This document shows, piece by piece, positions 10,639 through 20,703 of a stretch of 64,000 nucleotides of DNA (the stretch's first letter is position 1; the number at the start of each line of letters is the position of its first letter). Source of the stretch: an uncultured Verrucomicrobiae bacterium (GTDB taxonomy: Bacteria; Verrucomicrobiota; Verrucomicrobiia; Limisphaerales; Palsa-1400). The notes beneath the pieces were generated by a model. That model worked only from the letters and a program-made list of their open reading frames with translations. It was not told the DNA's origin and ran no database searches. The DNA is taken from positions 4,128,001 through 4,192,000 of the forward strand of contig OY969763.1 of assembly GCA_963702845.1 (NCBI GenBank), read 5' to 3'. A program made the translations under genes and the position numbers.

Positions 10639-11154
10639 TTATTTCACCGAATCAGCCGGCACAATTTTCACGCTCTCAACCGAAACTCGCGTCATCGGCT
10701 TGCTGCGTTCGCCGCTGTTGCTTTGGCCAACGGCCGTATCGCCGATTTTTCCGAGCACATCGTCACCCTTGACCAACTGGCCAAACGCCGTGTATTGCCG
10801 ATCCAGGAATCGTGCGTCGCCGAGGCAAACGAAAAACTGTGACCCGGCCGAGTCAGGATTTTGCGAGCGCGCCATCGAAAGGACACCGCGCACATGCGCT
10901 TTATCGTTGAACTCCGCCTTAACCTTGTAACCCGGATCACCGGTGCCCCAACGATCTTCCATGGCGGGATCCTTCGTCAACGGATCGCCACCCTGGATCA
11001 TGAATCCCTTCACGATGCGATGGAAACACGTTCCATCGTAAAAACCTTTTTTCGCGAGGGTCTTAAAATTCTCGACCGTTTTGGGCGCGACGTCCGGCCA
11101 AAAGCCGACGACCATCTCGCCCACATTCGTTTTAATTACAGCAACTTCGTCCAT
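10639..11154 (-). CDS. Cyclophilin-type peptidyl-prolyl isomerase (cytoplasmic)
   Basis: FYDGTCFHRIVKGFMIQGGDP, GVLSMAR, SAGSQFF, LDRQYTAFG. Confidence 0.95.
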   Translation of the reverse strand: MDEVAVIKTNVGEMVVGFWPDVAPKTVENFKTLAKKGFYDGTCFHRIVKGFMIQGGDPLTKDPAMEDRWGTGDPGYKVKAEFNDKAHVRGVLSMARSQNPDSAGSQFFVCLGDARFLDRQYTAFGQLVKGDDVLGKIGDTAVGQSNSGERSKPMTRVSVESVKIVPADSVK

Positions 11155-11172
11155 AAATTTTCTTTCGTTTGC

Positions 11173-11874
11173 TTAACCTTTCATCGCCTCGCTACGCGGA
11201 ACGATAGTAATACTGTCGACGTTGACGCGTTTATTCGGACGATCCGGCTGATGCGTCGGCGTCGTGGCAATTTTCTCGAGAACATCGTCGCCTTTGATCA
11301 ACTGGCCGAAAGCCGTGTATTGATGATCCAGAAACGTCGGATCACCGTGGCAAATAAAGAACTGGCTTCCCGCCGAATCAGGATCAGCCGAGCGCGCCAT
11401 CGAAAGCACACCGCGTTTATGGGAACGGTCGTTGAATTCCGCTTTGACTGAGTAACCCGGACCGCCGGTGCCCCATTCAGACTCGAGGCTGGCATCCTTC
11501 GTCTTTGGATCGCCGCCTTGAACCATAAAGCCCTTGATCACCCTATGAAACGCGGTGCCGTTGTAAAATCCTTTTTTCGCGAGCGTCTTAAAGTTCTCGA
11601 CCGTTTTCGGCGCGACGTCCGGCCAGAATTCGGCAACCATAGTTCCCTCACTCGTCTTAATCACCGCCACTTCATCATTCCCGCCGGCGGTTGTCGCCGC
11701 GGCAGTCGCATCGCTTTTCGCTCCCGAGGAAGCCGGCGCGGCGCTGGCCGATTTATTTCCGGAATTTGTGTTCGATTCGATTGACGATTTTCCGGCAGGC
11801 GCGGGCTCCTGATTACACGCAGTCAAAGCAAACGCAGCCACCAACGGCACTAAAAACAATTTGAAATATCTCAT
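11173..11874 (-). CDS. Cyclophilin-type peptidyl-prolyl isomerase (lipoprotein)
   Basis: Lipobox LTAC after MRYFKLF, Ala/Ser linker, then the same cyclophilin motifs. Confidence 0.93.
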   Translation of the reverse strand: MRYFKLFLVPLVAAFALTACNQEPAPAGKSSIESNTNSGNKSASAAPASSGAKSDATAAATTAGGNDEVAVIKTSEGTMVAEFWPDVAPKTVENFKTLAKKGFYNGTAFHRVIKGFMVQGGDPKTKDASLESEWGTGGPGYSVKAEFNDRSHKRGVLSMARSADPDSAGSQFFICHGDPTFLDHQYTAFGQLIKGDDVLEKIATTPTHQPDRPNKRVNVDSITIVPRSEAMKG

Positions 11875-11982
11875 GGATACCGACATGTGCCACAACATTG
11901 CGGTTCTGTCGAGCCCTTGTGATTGACAGTGTGCAACCTGACGCACACCATCGACGGCATCGGTTATGCATAAAAACGAGCC

Positions 11983-13068
11983 ATGCGGTTCGATGCACTA
12001 ATTCCAGCGCAGCAATCGAGGGCGAGAACCGCTTTTACGCTGATCGAATTACTGCTGGTTTGCGCGATAATCTCGATACTTGCATCGTTACTCTTAGTCT
12101 CCGTCGGCAGGGCAAAACTCAAAGCACAACGCGTCTCCTGCATTTCGAACCTGCGTCAAATTGGTACTTCCTTCGTCATTTTCGCGCATGACGTCGAGCA
12201 TCGCGGCGAATTCCCCGCCAGAGTCTCAACCAATTCCGGCGGTGCGCTTGAATTTGTTCCGCCTCAGGTCGCGATTGCCGAAGTGTTCGAAGTCTTCGCG
12301 TGCGTCTCGAACGAATTAAGCACGCCCGCCGTCTTGCATTGTCCGACCGATCCACGAAATGCGGCAAAAAATTTCGGCTCACTTAAACCCGAGAACGTCA
12401 GCTATTTCGCAGGTGCCCAGGCCAGTCCAAATCAACCCGGCATCGTGGCTGCGGGCGACAGAAACGTCACATTTAAACCGGGAGGAGAATACGCGTGGAA
12501 TACCGAACTGCACCAATTCAAAGGCAACTTGCTATTCGGCGACGTGCACGTTGAACAACGCAACAGCTGGCCGGTCCTTCTCGCCATCAATTCGACCCTT
12601 CCACAAAACTCCGCGCCGCCATCACAAGATCCATCGCCAACAACACCCGACGCACCGGGATCACCAGCGCAACCGTCCGGTGCCAATTCCCCTTCTGCCT
12701 CGCCAAAAGAACCACCAGACAAACCTCAAAAACCGCCAGGTTCAGGTTCTCGATCATCAAACAGCCGAACCGCACGCGAAAGCTCATTTGCAGTGGATGA
12801 CCAAACATTTCCCGCGCATGCCACACCGCAACCACCGCCGGAGAAACCTCATGCCGCCCTCGCCACGTCAACTGAATCCGTCAACGCCGATGATGAACCC
12901 GATTCACCTCACGTGAGATTCTTTCAACACCTCATTCAAATCGGATTTTTCGTTTCGTTGCTGTGGGCCTTGATCATGTTGCTAGTGTTGCTCTGGAAAA
13001 AAATCCGCGAACGACGCACCGAAGAAGAAGACGCACTCGAGTTCTTGAATGGAAATGACGACGTCTAG
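11983..13068 (+). CDS. Prepilin-type N-terminal cleavage/methylation protein (H-X9-DG-like) with Pro-rich linker and C-terminal TM helix
   Basis: [43 protein letters not shown]. Confidence 0.85.
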   Translation: MRFDALIPAQQSRARTAFTLIELLLVCAIISILASLLLVSVGRAKLKAQRVSCISNLRQIGTSFVIFAHDVEHRGEFPARVSTNSGGALEFVPPQVAIAEVFEVFACVSNELSTPAVLHCPTDPRNAAKNFGSLKPENVSYFAGAQASPNQPGIVAAGDRNVTFKPGGEYAWNTELHQFKGNLLFGDVHVEQRNSWPVLLAINSTLPQNSAPPSQDPSPTTPDAPGSPAQPSGANSPSASPKEPPDKPQKPPGSGSRSSNSRTARESSFAVDDQTFPAHATPQPPPEKPHAALATSTESVNADDEPDSPHVRFFQHLIQIGFFVSLLWALIMLLVLLWKKIRERRTEEEDALEFLNGNDDV

Positions 13069-13077
13069 TCGCACGAC

Positions 13078-13869
13078 TCAGCCCTGCTCTTTTATCCAAT
13101 CGAGCACCGCTTGCACGGCCCCGGCCAACGCCGCGGCGCGAATAGCCAGCGGCAGTTGCGACGGCGCTTTTAACGTGTAGGAAAGCTTCGTCTTGTGCGT
13201 CGCGAGGAACACAGCTTCGTTCCACTCGAAATTTGCGTAAGGATTGCCGTAAGCGCGAACCACTCCGTTGTCCGCCGGCATATCGTGAATCACGTCCGAG
13301 CGATCAATCGGACACACCCCGGCGACACGACTGATGATTTTCTTCGCGGGCGAGGCGATATCGTCTGGGTTCGATTCCCAGACATAAAAACCTTTCGTCG
13401 TGTGGTCTTCGTGCAAGCAGATCGTGAGGTCAAAATTCGGTTTCCGTTTCAGCCACGAAACATGCGTGCGAACTTCTTCCGTTTCGAGCTTGCGATAATC
13501 GGTATCGAGGTCAACGCCTCTCTCGTTCTGGCGCGAATTGCGATAGAAACCAGTCTGGTTGAGGCACGGACAAATCCACACTTCGGCGTGATCCGGAAAT
13601 GCTCCGGATTCCATCAATTGCGCAATCGCCAAGGGGCCGGCTGGTTCGTCGCCATGGATGCCGGTTGAAAGATAAATGCGTTTGTGAGGAAACCGGCTCG
13701 TGCGTCGATACGCCATCGCCGTAATCCGTTGTGGAAGTCGTTCGTCACTGACACTGACATTGTCTTGAACCCAAGGCGGCTTGGCAGCAAAAACGATGCG
13801 TTGGAGAACGCTTTGAATATCTATCGGTTCACCGCGATAGACCGGGTTATTTGTCTCGCACTCTTGCAT
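13078..13869 (-). CDS. M14 metallocarboxypeptidase-family (ASTE/MpaA-like) protein, catalytic motifs altered
   Basis: GIHGDEPAG and CLHED zinc-ligand motifs. Confidence 0.8.
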   Translation of the reverse strand: MQECETNNPVYRGEPIDIQSVLQRIVFAAKPPWVQDNVSVSDERLPQRITAMAYRRTSRFPHKRIYLSTGIHGDEPAGPLAIAQLMESGAFPDHAEVWICPCLNQTGFYRNSRQNERGVDLDTDYRKLETEEVRTHVSWLKRKPNFDLTICLHEDHTTKGFYVWESNPDDIASPAKKIISRVAGVCPIDRSDVIHDMPADNGVVRAYGNPYANFEWNEAVFLATHKTKLSYTLKAPSQLPLAIRAAALAGAVQAVLDWIKEQG

Positions 13870-13920
13870 ACACGTCTACAGCCACCCCAATTAGCAAATC
13901 TTAGGCCACTCCCACTTTAG

Positions 13921-15219
13921 TTAATGCGATCCCGGCCCGACCTCGTAACGGCTGTTTGAAGCATTCCACACAAGACTTACGCTCTCCCCCACCATGCTAT
14001 CGGATTGTGCCGCCGACGTCCGCGCCTTCCCGACAGCAAAGCTAGTCGTAACCGCCTCATTAATACTGCGCACCGGCCCACCACTCGGCGCTCCCACAAA
14101 ACTATGGCCGATATTATATGGAAACGCCGGATTCCCGTTGCCATTGATCGCAACAAAGTATGCCCATGTTCCCTTCGGAAATTCCGGCGTCACACAAAAC
14201 CGAGCATTGCATTCGTCCAAATCGAACTCGCCCCCCTGCTTCTTACCGAGATCGCCCAAATAATCATTGTCCTCGATGTAACGACCAAGCGCGGCCCGGG
14301 CGCTCACGTTCGGACCAAACTCACTTGTCCGCAGCGGACCGCTCATGTGATAGGTACGCTCAGCCCATTTCGGCAACGATGTGCGACCCGTCAGCGCCAG
14401 ATTTTTCGTTCCGTTGTTACCGTCGCGAATGACGTACCCAGAAACCATCCGTCGCACCGCGCTTTTTGCATTCTTCGGGTCCGAATAACCATACGGTCCA
14501 TAAATCGGCAAACCATCTCTCGCCCACGCCAGAATCGGCGAATGTTTCGTCGGCTGCGTTGAACTCTCGTGATACCGATTATTCTTCGCATCGAAGTCGA
14601 CGTGATCGCCAAGTTGGTAACGCAACGCGATCGGATTCGCGTGATAGTGGTATTCAATCCTGGCCTGATGCGCCATGCCCGCGTCGAAGGTGATCCCTTC
14701 GTTAACATACGCGTCGCGGTTCCAAATCCCTTCCCCACGCGTATCTGCTCTGCCATCGAAATAAAAAACATCGCGATCATCGAACAACGCCACCCCGTTC
14801 ACAAAATATCCAATCGGCCCCAGACCGGTCAGACTCTTGGCATTTGCAATTGTTGGATTGCGCGGAATTCGATACGTCGTTTTGGTGTCCGCTGGATAAC
14901 TGGGAAACATCCGTGTCTTCGCTAAATCATTATACCAGGGCCCCATCACGTAGCTTGCCAATCCGCTGGTGTGAATATAAACCCAGTCGCGCGAGTAACT
15001 CACGTCATGAACACCCGCCAACACCGGCACGCTTTGCACCCCCGGACCCCGACTCCACGTCGTCACCGCATTCCCCACCCCCTGGTCGTTCGCCGTCGGA
15101 TACAACCGCGCATATTTCTCCGAATCTTTGGTGAACCAGCCCTCAATCCGCGGATCACCCGCAAACCCGTTGGTCGCGATGATCATCGCCATGCCCAGTG
15201 CAAACATCACCTGTTTCAT
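13921..15219 (-). CDS. Secreted YHYH-domain protein
   Basis: Signal peptide from MKQVMF; IGYFVNGV, YHYHANP, HSPILAWARDGLPIYGPYG, DLDECNARFCVTPEFP. Confidence 0.88.
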   Translation of the reverse strand: MKQVMFALGMAMIIATNGFAGDPRIEGWFTKDSEKYARLYPTANDQGVGNAVTTWSRGPGVQSVPVLAGVHDVSYSRDWVYIHTSGLASYVMGPWYNDLAKTRMFPSYPADTKTTYRIPRNPTIANAKSLTGLGPIGYFVNGVALFDDRDVFYFDGRADTRGEGIWNRDAYVNEGITFDAGMAHQARIEYHYHANPIALRYQLGDHVDFDAKNNRYHESSTQPTKHSPILAWARDGLPIYGPYGYSDPKNAKSAVRRMVSGYVIRDGNNGTKNLALTGRTSLPKWAERTYHMSGPLRTSEFGPNVSARAALGRYIEDNDYLGDLGKKQGGEFDLDECNARFCVTPEFPKGTWAYFVAINGNGNPAFPYNIGHSFVGAPSGGPVRSINEAVTTSFAVGKARTSAAQSDSMVGESVSLVWNASNSRYEVGPGSH

Positions 15220-15403
15220 ACCTTTACTAGACCACCGCAATGTAAAGCTCACGTGTTCCCAAGGAACAAAAATTGTAAAGGCGGTGTAAAACTTCTTTTT
15301 CACTTGGACGGTCTTTCGGCCGTTTTGCGATTGTTACGTTAGTTTTCACATTGGTCGCCGTTACATCCCGTAGCTACATGTGCCACGCCTAAACACAAAC
15401 AAC

Positions 15404-15450
15404 CTCGTCTCCCCAACCCTCTTCTCCCTTTGGGGACGAGAGAGAGAAGG
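15404..15450. repeat. Intergenic imperfect inverted repeat (REP-like, CCCTCT/AGAGAGG-rich)
   Basis: ctcgtctccccaa ... ttggggacgag and ccctcttctccc ... gagagagagaagg, between divergent genes. Confidence 0.4.
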
Positions 15451-15535
15451 CCATCCACTTTGATCATGCCCTGTCACACCCTCTGCCGCGTTTATGTCGC
15501 TTGCTGAGGCGGGCGGGTCTGTTTAGTTTTGCGGT

Positions 15536-16024
15536 ATGGAACCTTTGCACGCGCCGTGGCGAATTGAGTATATCCTGGGTCCAAAGGGTTCGCCTGACAG
15601 TCCGCCGATTTTTAAAGCGATTGCGGATTCGAATGAGGATGAAAAGAACCTGGTGATTGTGCGCGACCGCACTTGTTTTGCCCTGCTGAATCGCTACCCA
15701 TACACCGGCGGTCATTTGATGACGGTGCCGTATAAACAAACGCCTGACTTGAATGGTTTGACGGATGAGGAATTGGCGGACCTGATCAAGCTGACGCGGC
15801 GCTGCCAGAATGCTTTAACGGCGGTGATGCAGCCGCAGGGTTTTAATATCGGCATCAACACGGGGCGCGTGGCGGGCGCGGGGATTGTGGAGCATGTGCA
15901 TATTCATGTGGTGCCGCGATGGAATGGGGACACGAATTTTATGCCGGTGATTGCGAAGACGACGGTGGTTCCGGAGGCACTGGTGGAGATCGCGGCGAAA
16001 CTACGGGTGGAACTCACAAGATAG
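15536..16024 (+). CDS. HIT family protein (Ap4A phosphorylase/hydrolase-like)
   Basis: LHAPWR, NRYPYTGGHLM, HVHIHVVPRW-x-GD-x-NFM. Confidence 0.92.
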   Translation: MEPLHAPWRIEYILGPKGSPDSPPIFKAIADSNEDEKNLVIVRDRTCFALLNRYPYTGGHLMTVPYKQTPDLNGLTDEELADLIKLTRRCQNALTAVMQPQGFNIGINTGRVAGAGIVEHVHIHVVPRWNGDTNFMPVIAKTTVVPEALVEIAAKLRVELTR

Positions 16025-16101
16025 CAGCAACAGCTTATCAACTCGGCCTCACCGAAAATACGGAGTTCGATCGCCGCAAACTTCAGAAAAAATAATTGAA
16101 C

Positions 16102-16128
16102 CGCAGAGGTCGCAAAGAACGCATAGAA
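16102..16128 (+). repeat. 9-bp-period short tandem repeat (CGCA-x-AG-x2) x3
   Basis: cgcagaggt cgcaaagaa cgcatagaa in the HIT-transglutaminase spacer. Confidence 0.5.
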
Positions 16129-16246
16129 GGGAGGGTGTTGCTTCGGCACGTCGGATTTCTTTGATCGTCAACGGACTTAAGTTCGCGCTCCGCAACGGAG
16201 ACGAAATAGTTTTTGAAAATGGGCGGTGAGTCGGTAGGCTGACGGC

Positions 16247-17701
16247 ATGCTGATCCGCTCACGTTTTTGGATTGTGTCGGCGTTTGCACTGGCGCTGACG
16301 TTGCCACTTTTTGCTTCGCCATTGGACGATGCCGCGGCGTTGCAGGATCGCGGCGAGTTTAAAAAGGCGGATGCGGTTTTGGCGGCGGCATTAAAAGCGA
16401 CTGATCTGCCAGCGGAGCAGCGCAAAAAAATGGAATGGGAGAAGGACCGCATTCAGCGCATCCGCAACGACTACTCTCTCACTGAAGATTCGCTTTACCC
16501 GAAAGTTGCGGGATCAGTTAAAAATCTGAAGCGGTCGGAATTTCAAAAATGGGTCGACCAAGGTTGGTTCGATGGGCGCGTTATCGACGGGAAGATGTAT
16601 TACGTCGGAACGAGCATCAGCAATTTGTTTTTCCGTCATGCGGAATTGAAATCGCGGCGCACGCCGCCGAAGGATGATTCACAGGAACAGAAGGACCGCT
16701 TGCAGATGGTGCGCGATATTGTTGCTGCGACGAAAAAAGAACATTCGCCGTATGTTTTGCCGAAGCATCTTAGATGCACGATGAGCGTCAGTGTTGCGAC
16801 GGATGCGGTGCCGGCTGGTGAAACGATTCGCGCGTGGCTGCCGATTCCGCGCCAGAATGATTTTCAGGACGGGATTAAATTATTGGACAGTTCCACGCCG
16901 GTAAAGGCAGTTGCGCCGTCGAGCAGCGCCATCCGGTCGGCATATATGGAGCAGACGGCGGTGAAGGGAAAGAAAACGACATTTCGTTTGGGTTATGAAT
17001 ATACGATTCGCTGCGTCCATTTTGATCTGGACCCGAAGAACGTGCAACGAACCGATGTGACGCAAGGTGAGTTGAAACGGTTCACATCGGAAGCGCCGCA
17101 CGTTGTTTTCTCGGACAAGATCAAGAGTCTCGTTCACGAACTTGCCGGTAACGAAACCAATCCGCTGCTAAATGCGAAGGCGTTTTACGATTGGATCGCC
17201 GGGAACATTCAATACAGCTACGCGCGCGAGTATTCGACGCTGACGAACATCAGCGATTATTGCTTTGCGAATCGATACGGCGACTGCGGGCAGGAAGCGA
17301 TGTTGTTTATCACGCTTTGCCGCGCGCAAGGAATCCCGGCGCGCTGGCAAACTGGCTGGGACCTTTTTCCGAACGCACATGACATCCATGATTGGACGGA
17401 AATTTATATCGCGCCTTATGGATGGATTCCGGTGGACGCGTGGGCCGGAATTTACACGCACCGTTACTGCACAGCATTGACACAGGCGCAGCGCGATGAG
17501 TTGCAGAACTTTTACTTCGGCGGGCTTGAGGGGTGGCGCATGATTGCGAACAGCGATCATAGCCAGCAGCTTGAACCACCCAAGCAGACGATGCGTTCAG
17601 ACGACATCGACTTTCAACGTGGCGAAGTGGAATGGAAGGGCGGGAATATTTATTTCGACAACTATTCGTATCACCTGCAGGTGGAGGAGTTGAAGGATTG
17701 A
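16247..17701 (+). CDS. Secreted transglutaminase-like protein
   Basis: Signal peptide; GDCGQ, HDWTEIY and GWIPVD give an intact Cys-His-Asp triad. Confidence 0.9.
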   Translation: MLIRSRFWIVSAFALALTLPLFASPLDDAAALQDRGEFKKADAVLAAALKATDLPAEQRKKMEWEKDRIQRIRNDYSLTEDSLYPKVAGSVKNLKRSEFQKWVDQGWFDGRVIDGKMYYVGTSISNLFFRHAELKSRRTPPKDDSQEQKDRLQMVRDIVAATKKEHSPYVLPKHLRCTMSVSVATDAVPAGETIRAWLPIPRQNDFQDGIKLLDSSTPVKAVAPSSSAIRSAYMEQTAVKGKKTTFRLGYEYTIRCVHFDLDPKNVQRTDVTQGELKRFTSEAPHVVFSDKIKSLVHELAGNETNPLLNAKAFYDWIAGNIQYSYAREYSTLTNISDYCFANRYGDCGQEAMLFITLCRAQGIPARWQTGWDLFPNAHDIHDWTEIYIAPYGWIPVDAWAGIYTHRYCTALTQAQRDELQNFYFGGLEGWRMIANSDHSQQLEPPKQTMRSDDIDFQRGEVEWKGGNIYFDNYSYHLQVEELKD

Positions 17702-17767
17702 GGACCATTCCCGGCGTTGAAACGTTGGGCCGTTTTTAATCGTGCGTCGGAACAATCATTTACAATC

Positions 17768-18562
17768 ATGAACACTAAACGTGCGCTCGCGTGCGCTGTC
17801 GAGGCCGCTCAAAAAGTCGGCGAATTGATGCGCCGCAATCTGCGGGAAACCAAGACGATCAATGAACAGTCGCAGTTTGATATCAAACTGCAGTTGGATG
17901 TGCGCAGTCAGCAATTGATCACGAAAAAATTACTGGGTGCTTTTCCAGAGATTTCCATCCTCGGTGAAGAAGGTATTTCAGGAAAACAGGATTCGGAATG
18001 GCGCTGGGTCGTTGATCCAATTGATGGGACGGTGAATTTTACCTATGGCATTCCGCACGCGTGTGTCTCCATCGCGCTGCAGCAGAAAAAAGGCAAAGAC
18101 TACGTCTCGATGGCTGGCGTCGTTTATGATCCGTTCACGGACGAACTTTGGACGGCGATTCGCGGCGAAACTTCGAAGCTGAATGGCAAACCAATTCGCG
18201 TCAGCAAACGGGCAGAGCTCGGTGAGGCGATTATCGCGATTGGATTCGCGAAAAAGCGCGCGAGCCTGACGGAAAATTTGCCGGTGTTCAACAACCTCGT
18301 TCGCCAGGTCCGTAAGATGCGCATCATGGGCGCAGCAGCGCTGTCGTTGGTCTGGGTCGCGGCCGGGCGGTTTGATGCTTATGTAGAATCCGGAGTGCAA
18401 TTGTGGGATGTCGCGGCAGGAGCGTTGATTATCGAGTGCGCCGGAGGAGAATTTTATCACGAGGTGCTGAAGGATGGCGGAGTGCGGATGATTGCGAATA
18501 ACGGGTTGCTGCGGAAAAAGATTCAGCGGGTGGTAAAGGCGTCGAAGAAATTGAAGGTGTAA
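17768..18562 (+). CDS. suhB: Inositol monophosphatase family protein
   Basis: ILGEE, WVVDPIDGTVNF, WDVAAG. Confidence 0.88.
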   Translation: MNTKRALACAVEAAQKVGELMRRNLRETKTINEQSQFDIKLQLDVRSQQLITKKLLGAFPEISILGEEGISGKQDSEWRWVVDPIDGTVNFTYGIPHACVSIALQQKKGKDYVSMAGVVYDPFTDELWTAIRGETSKLNGKPIRVSKRAELGEAIIAIGFAKKRASLTENLPVFNNLVRQVRKMRIMGAAALSLVWVAAGRFDAYVESGVQLWDVAAGALIIECAGGEFYHEVLKDGGVRMIANNGLLRKKIQRVVKASKKLKV

Positions 18563-18570
18563 ACGGACTG

Positions 18571-18598
18571 CGGCGCGCGCGGAGCGACGCGCCCTACC
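18571..18598 (-). repeat. GTAG-type REP-like element, copy 1
   Basis: Minus strand GGTAG-GGCGCG-TCGCTCCGCG-CGCGCC-G; 25/28 identical to 50588..50615; between convergent genes. Confidence 0.7.
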
Positions 18599-19942
18599 TT
18601 AGGCCGGTTCTATTCCGTAGATTTTGATTTTGTTGTAGAGGGTTTGGCGGCCGATGCCGAGGCGCTTGGCAGTTTCCAGTTTGTTTCCGCCCGTTTCCTT
18701 GAGCATCTGGAGAATGGCGTTGCGCTCCATAGCTTCCATTAAGGTCAGATCTTCGCCCTCGCCTTGTTGCGCCATCACGGTTGTGATCGAAAGATCTTTC
18801 GCATCGATCATGTTTTCATCGCACATCAGGACCGCGCGTTGAATTTCATTTTGCAACTGGCGCACATTCCCGGGCCAATCGAAATTCTTAATTGCCTCAG
18901 TCGCCGCGGGCGTAAAGCCGCCGATATTGCGTCCAGCCTGGGCATCAAAACGCCGCAGAAACGAGGTCGCCAGCGGAATGATATCTTCGCGGCGTTCGCG
19001 TAGCGGCGGCAAATAAACCGTAATCGCGCTGATGCGGTAATACAAATCTTCGCGCAGTTTGCCCGATTTAATTGCGTCGTCCGTTTGGCGATTCGTGGCG
19101 GCGACAATGCGGCAATCGGTTTTATAACTGGTGCGACCGCCCACCGGACGCACTTCTTTTTCCTGCAAAACGCGGAGCAGTTTGCTCTGCGTGTCGATCG
19201 GCATCTCGGAAATTTCGTCGAGGAAGAGTGATCCGCCCTCGGCCTGACGAAACAGGCCTTCGCGATCCATGCTCGCTCCGGTGAACGCGCCTTTGACGGA
19301 ACCGAACAATTCACTTTCGATCAATTCGCGGGGCAACGCGGCACAGTTAATTTTGATGAGTGGCCCTTTGGCGCGCGGGCTCAAGAGATGAAGCAGATCA
19401 GCGATGACTTCTTTGCCTGTCCCGCTTTCGCCGGTGATCAAAATGGAAACGTCGCTTGGCGCAACCCGCTCGACCGTGCGCACCACGTTTTTCATGGGAG
19501 CACTTGTGAACACCGGAGAGGTCCCGCTGCTCATGGTTTGCAACGCCTGACGCAACGAACTGTTCACCTCGTTCTGTCGCTTGTGCTCGAGCGCGCGTTC
19601 CACAGTCAGCAGAAGCGGCTTTTCGTCGTAGGGTTTGCTTTGAAAATAATAGGCGCCGCGTTTGGTTGCCTCGACGGCGAGGTCGAAGGTCGCATTGCCA
19701 GTCAAAACGATGACCTCGGTCTCGGGCCATTGCTTTTTGATTTCAGGCAGCAGATCGAGCCCGTTCCCGTCGGGAAGCATGACGTCGAGAAGCAGAATGT
19801 CGGGCTGGCCATTTCCAAAAGCACTGGCGAGTTCGGCGGCGGATGATTTGGGGACGACTTCGTAGCCCGCGCGTTCGAGCTGCCGGCGCAGCAGATCACG
19901 GATTCCTTCCGTGTCATCAACCACCATGACTTTGGCTTTCAT
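18599..19942 (-). CDS. Sigma54-dependent response regulator (REC-AAA+-HTH, NtrC/AtoC family)
   Basis: VVDD, LLLDVMLP, GESGTGKE, ELFGSVKGAFTGA, FLDEI, WPGNVRQL, Fis-type HTH. Confidence 0.95.
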   Translation of the reverse strand: MKAKVMVVDDTEGIRDLLRRQLERAGYEVVPKSSAAELASAFGNGQPDILLLDVMLPDGNGLDLLPEIKKQWPETEVIVLTGNATFDLAVEATKRGAYYFQSKPYDEKPLLLTVERALEHKRQNEVNSSLRQALQTMSSGTSPVFTSAPMKNVVRTVERVAPSDVSILITGESGTGKEVIADLLHLLSPRAKGPLIKINCAALPRELIESELFGSVKGAFTGASMDREGLFRQAEGGSLFLDEISEMPIDTQSKLLRVLQEKEVRPVGGRTSYKTDCRIVAATNRQTDDAIKSGKLREDLYYRISAITVYLPPLRERREDIIPLATSFLRRFDAQAGRNIGGFTPAATEAIKNFDWPGNVRQLQNEIQRAVLMCDENMIDAKDLSITTVMAQQGEGEDLTLMEAMERNAILQMLKETGGNKLETAKRLGIGRQTLYNKIKIYGIEPA

Positions 19943-20703
19943 AGTTTCTTCGAACGGCTTTTTTGCGCCGCTTCCACAAAACTTTCAAAAATCTTTAAAA
20001 ACGTTTTATACCGGTCCAGCAGTCGTTCGGGGTGGAACTGCACCGTTAAAAAAAACGGCAACCGCGCCGCGTCCTTCAATTCTGTTACTTCCACTATACC
20101 ATCGCTACAGGTGGCTGTCACATGTAACGGGTCAGCGATTTTCCCTAAAGCTTGATGGTGTGTACTATTGACAGAGATTTTTTCCGCGCCGGTAATGCGA
20201 GCAAAAAGCGAACCGGGTTTGACGGAAATCTCATGCACCGGATCCGATTTGCGATCCATTTGTTTGTGCTGAAGCGCGCCGGGCACTTGCGTCGGAATAT
20301 CGACAATCAAGGTGCCGCCGAGCGCGACATTGATCATTTGGTGTCCGCGACAAATACCGAGGAGCGGCTTGCCTTGCGCAAACGTTTCCTCGATGAGGAG
20401 CTGTTCCCACGTATCACGTTCCGGTTCGATTCCACCCACTTTGCTGGCGAGGTCGGCCGAAATATTTTTGTCGTAAAGATGCGGCTGGATGTCGTCGCCG
20501 CCAGTGAGCAAAACGCCATCGCTACGCCGGACAAATTCCGAGACAATCGCGTGCGCGGTTGTGGATGGCAAAATTTGCGGCAGGCCACCGCCGGCAATGA
20601 CCGCTTCGGTGTAACGGTTCGACAAACTAATTGATGCGTCGGCGAATTCGGCGCCTTTGCGCTCGGTGCTGGGTGAAACCAAAATGATGGGACGATCGTT
20701 CAT
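19939..20703 (-). CDS. Peptidase C26 / gamma-glutamyl-GABA hydrolase family glutamine amidotransferase
   Basis: LLTGGDDI, LGICRGHQ, VNSTHHQ, VQFHPE. Confidence 0.9.
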   Translation of the reverse strand: MNDRPIILVSPSTERKGAEFADASISLSNRYTEAVIAGGGLPQILPSTTAHAIVSEFVRRSDGVLLTGGDDIQPHLYDKNISADLASKVGGIEPERDTWEQLLIEETFAQGKPLLGICRGHQMINVALGGTLIVDIPTQVPGALQHKQMDRKSDPVHEISVKPGSLFARITGAEKISVNSTHHQALGKIADPLHVTATCSDGIVEVTELKDAARLPFFLTVQFHPERLLDRYKTFLKIFESFVEAAQKSRSKKL

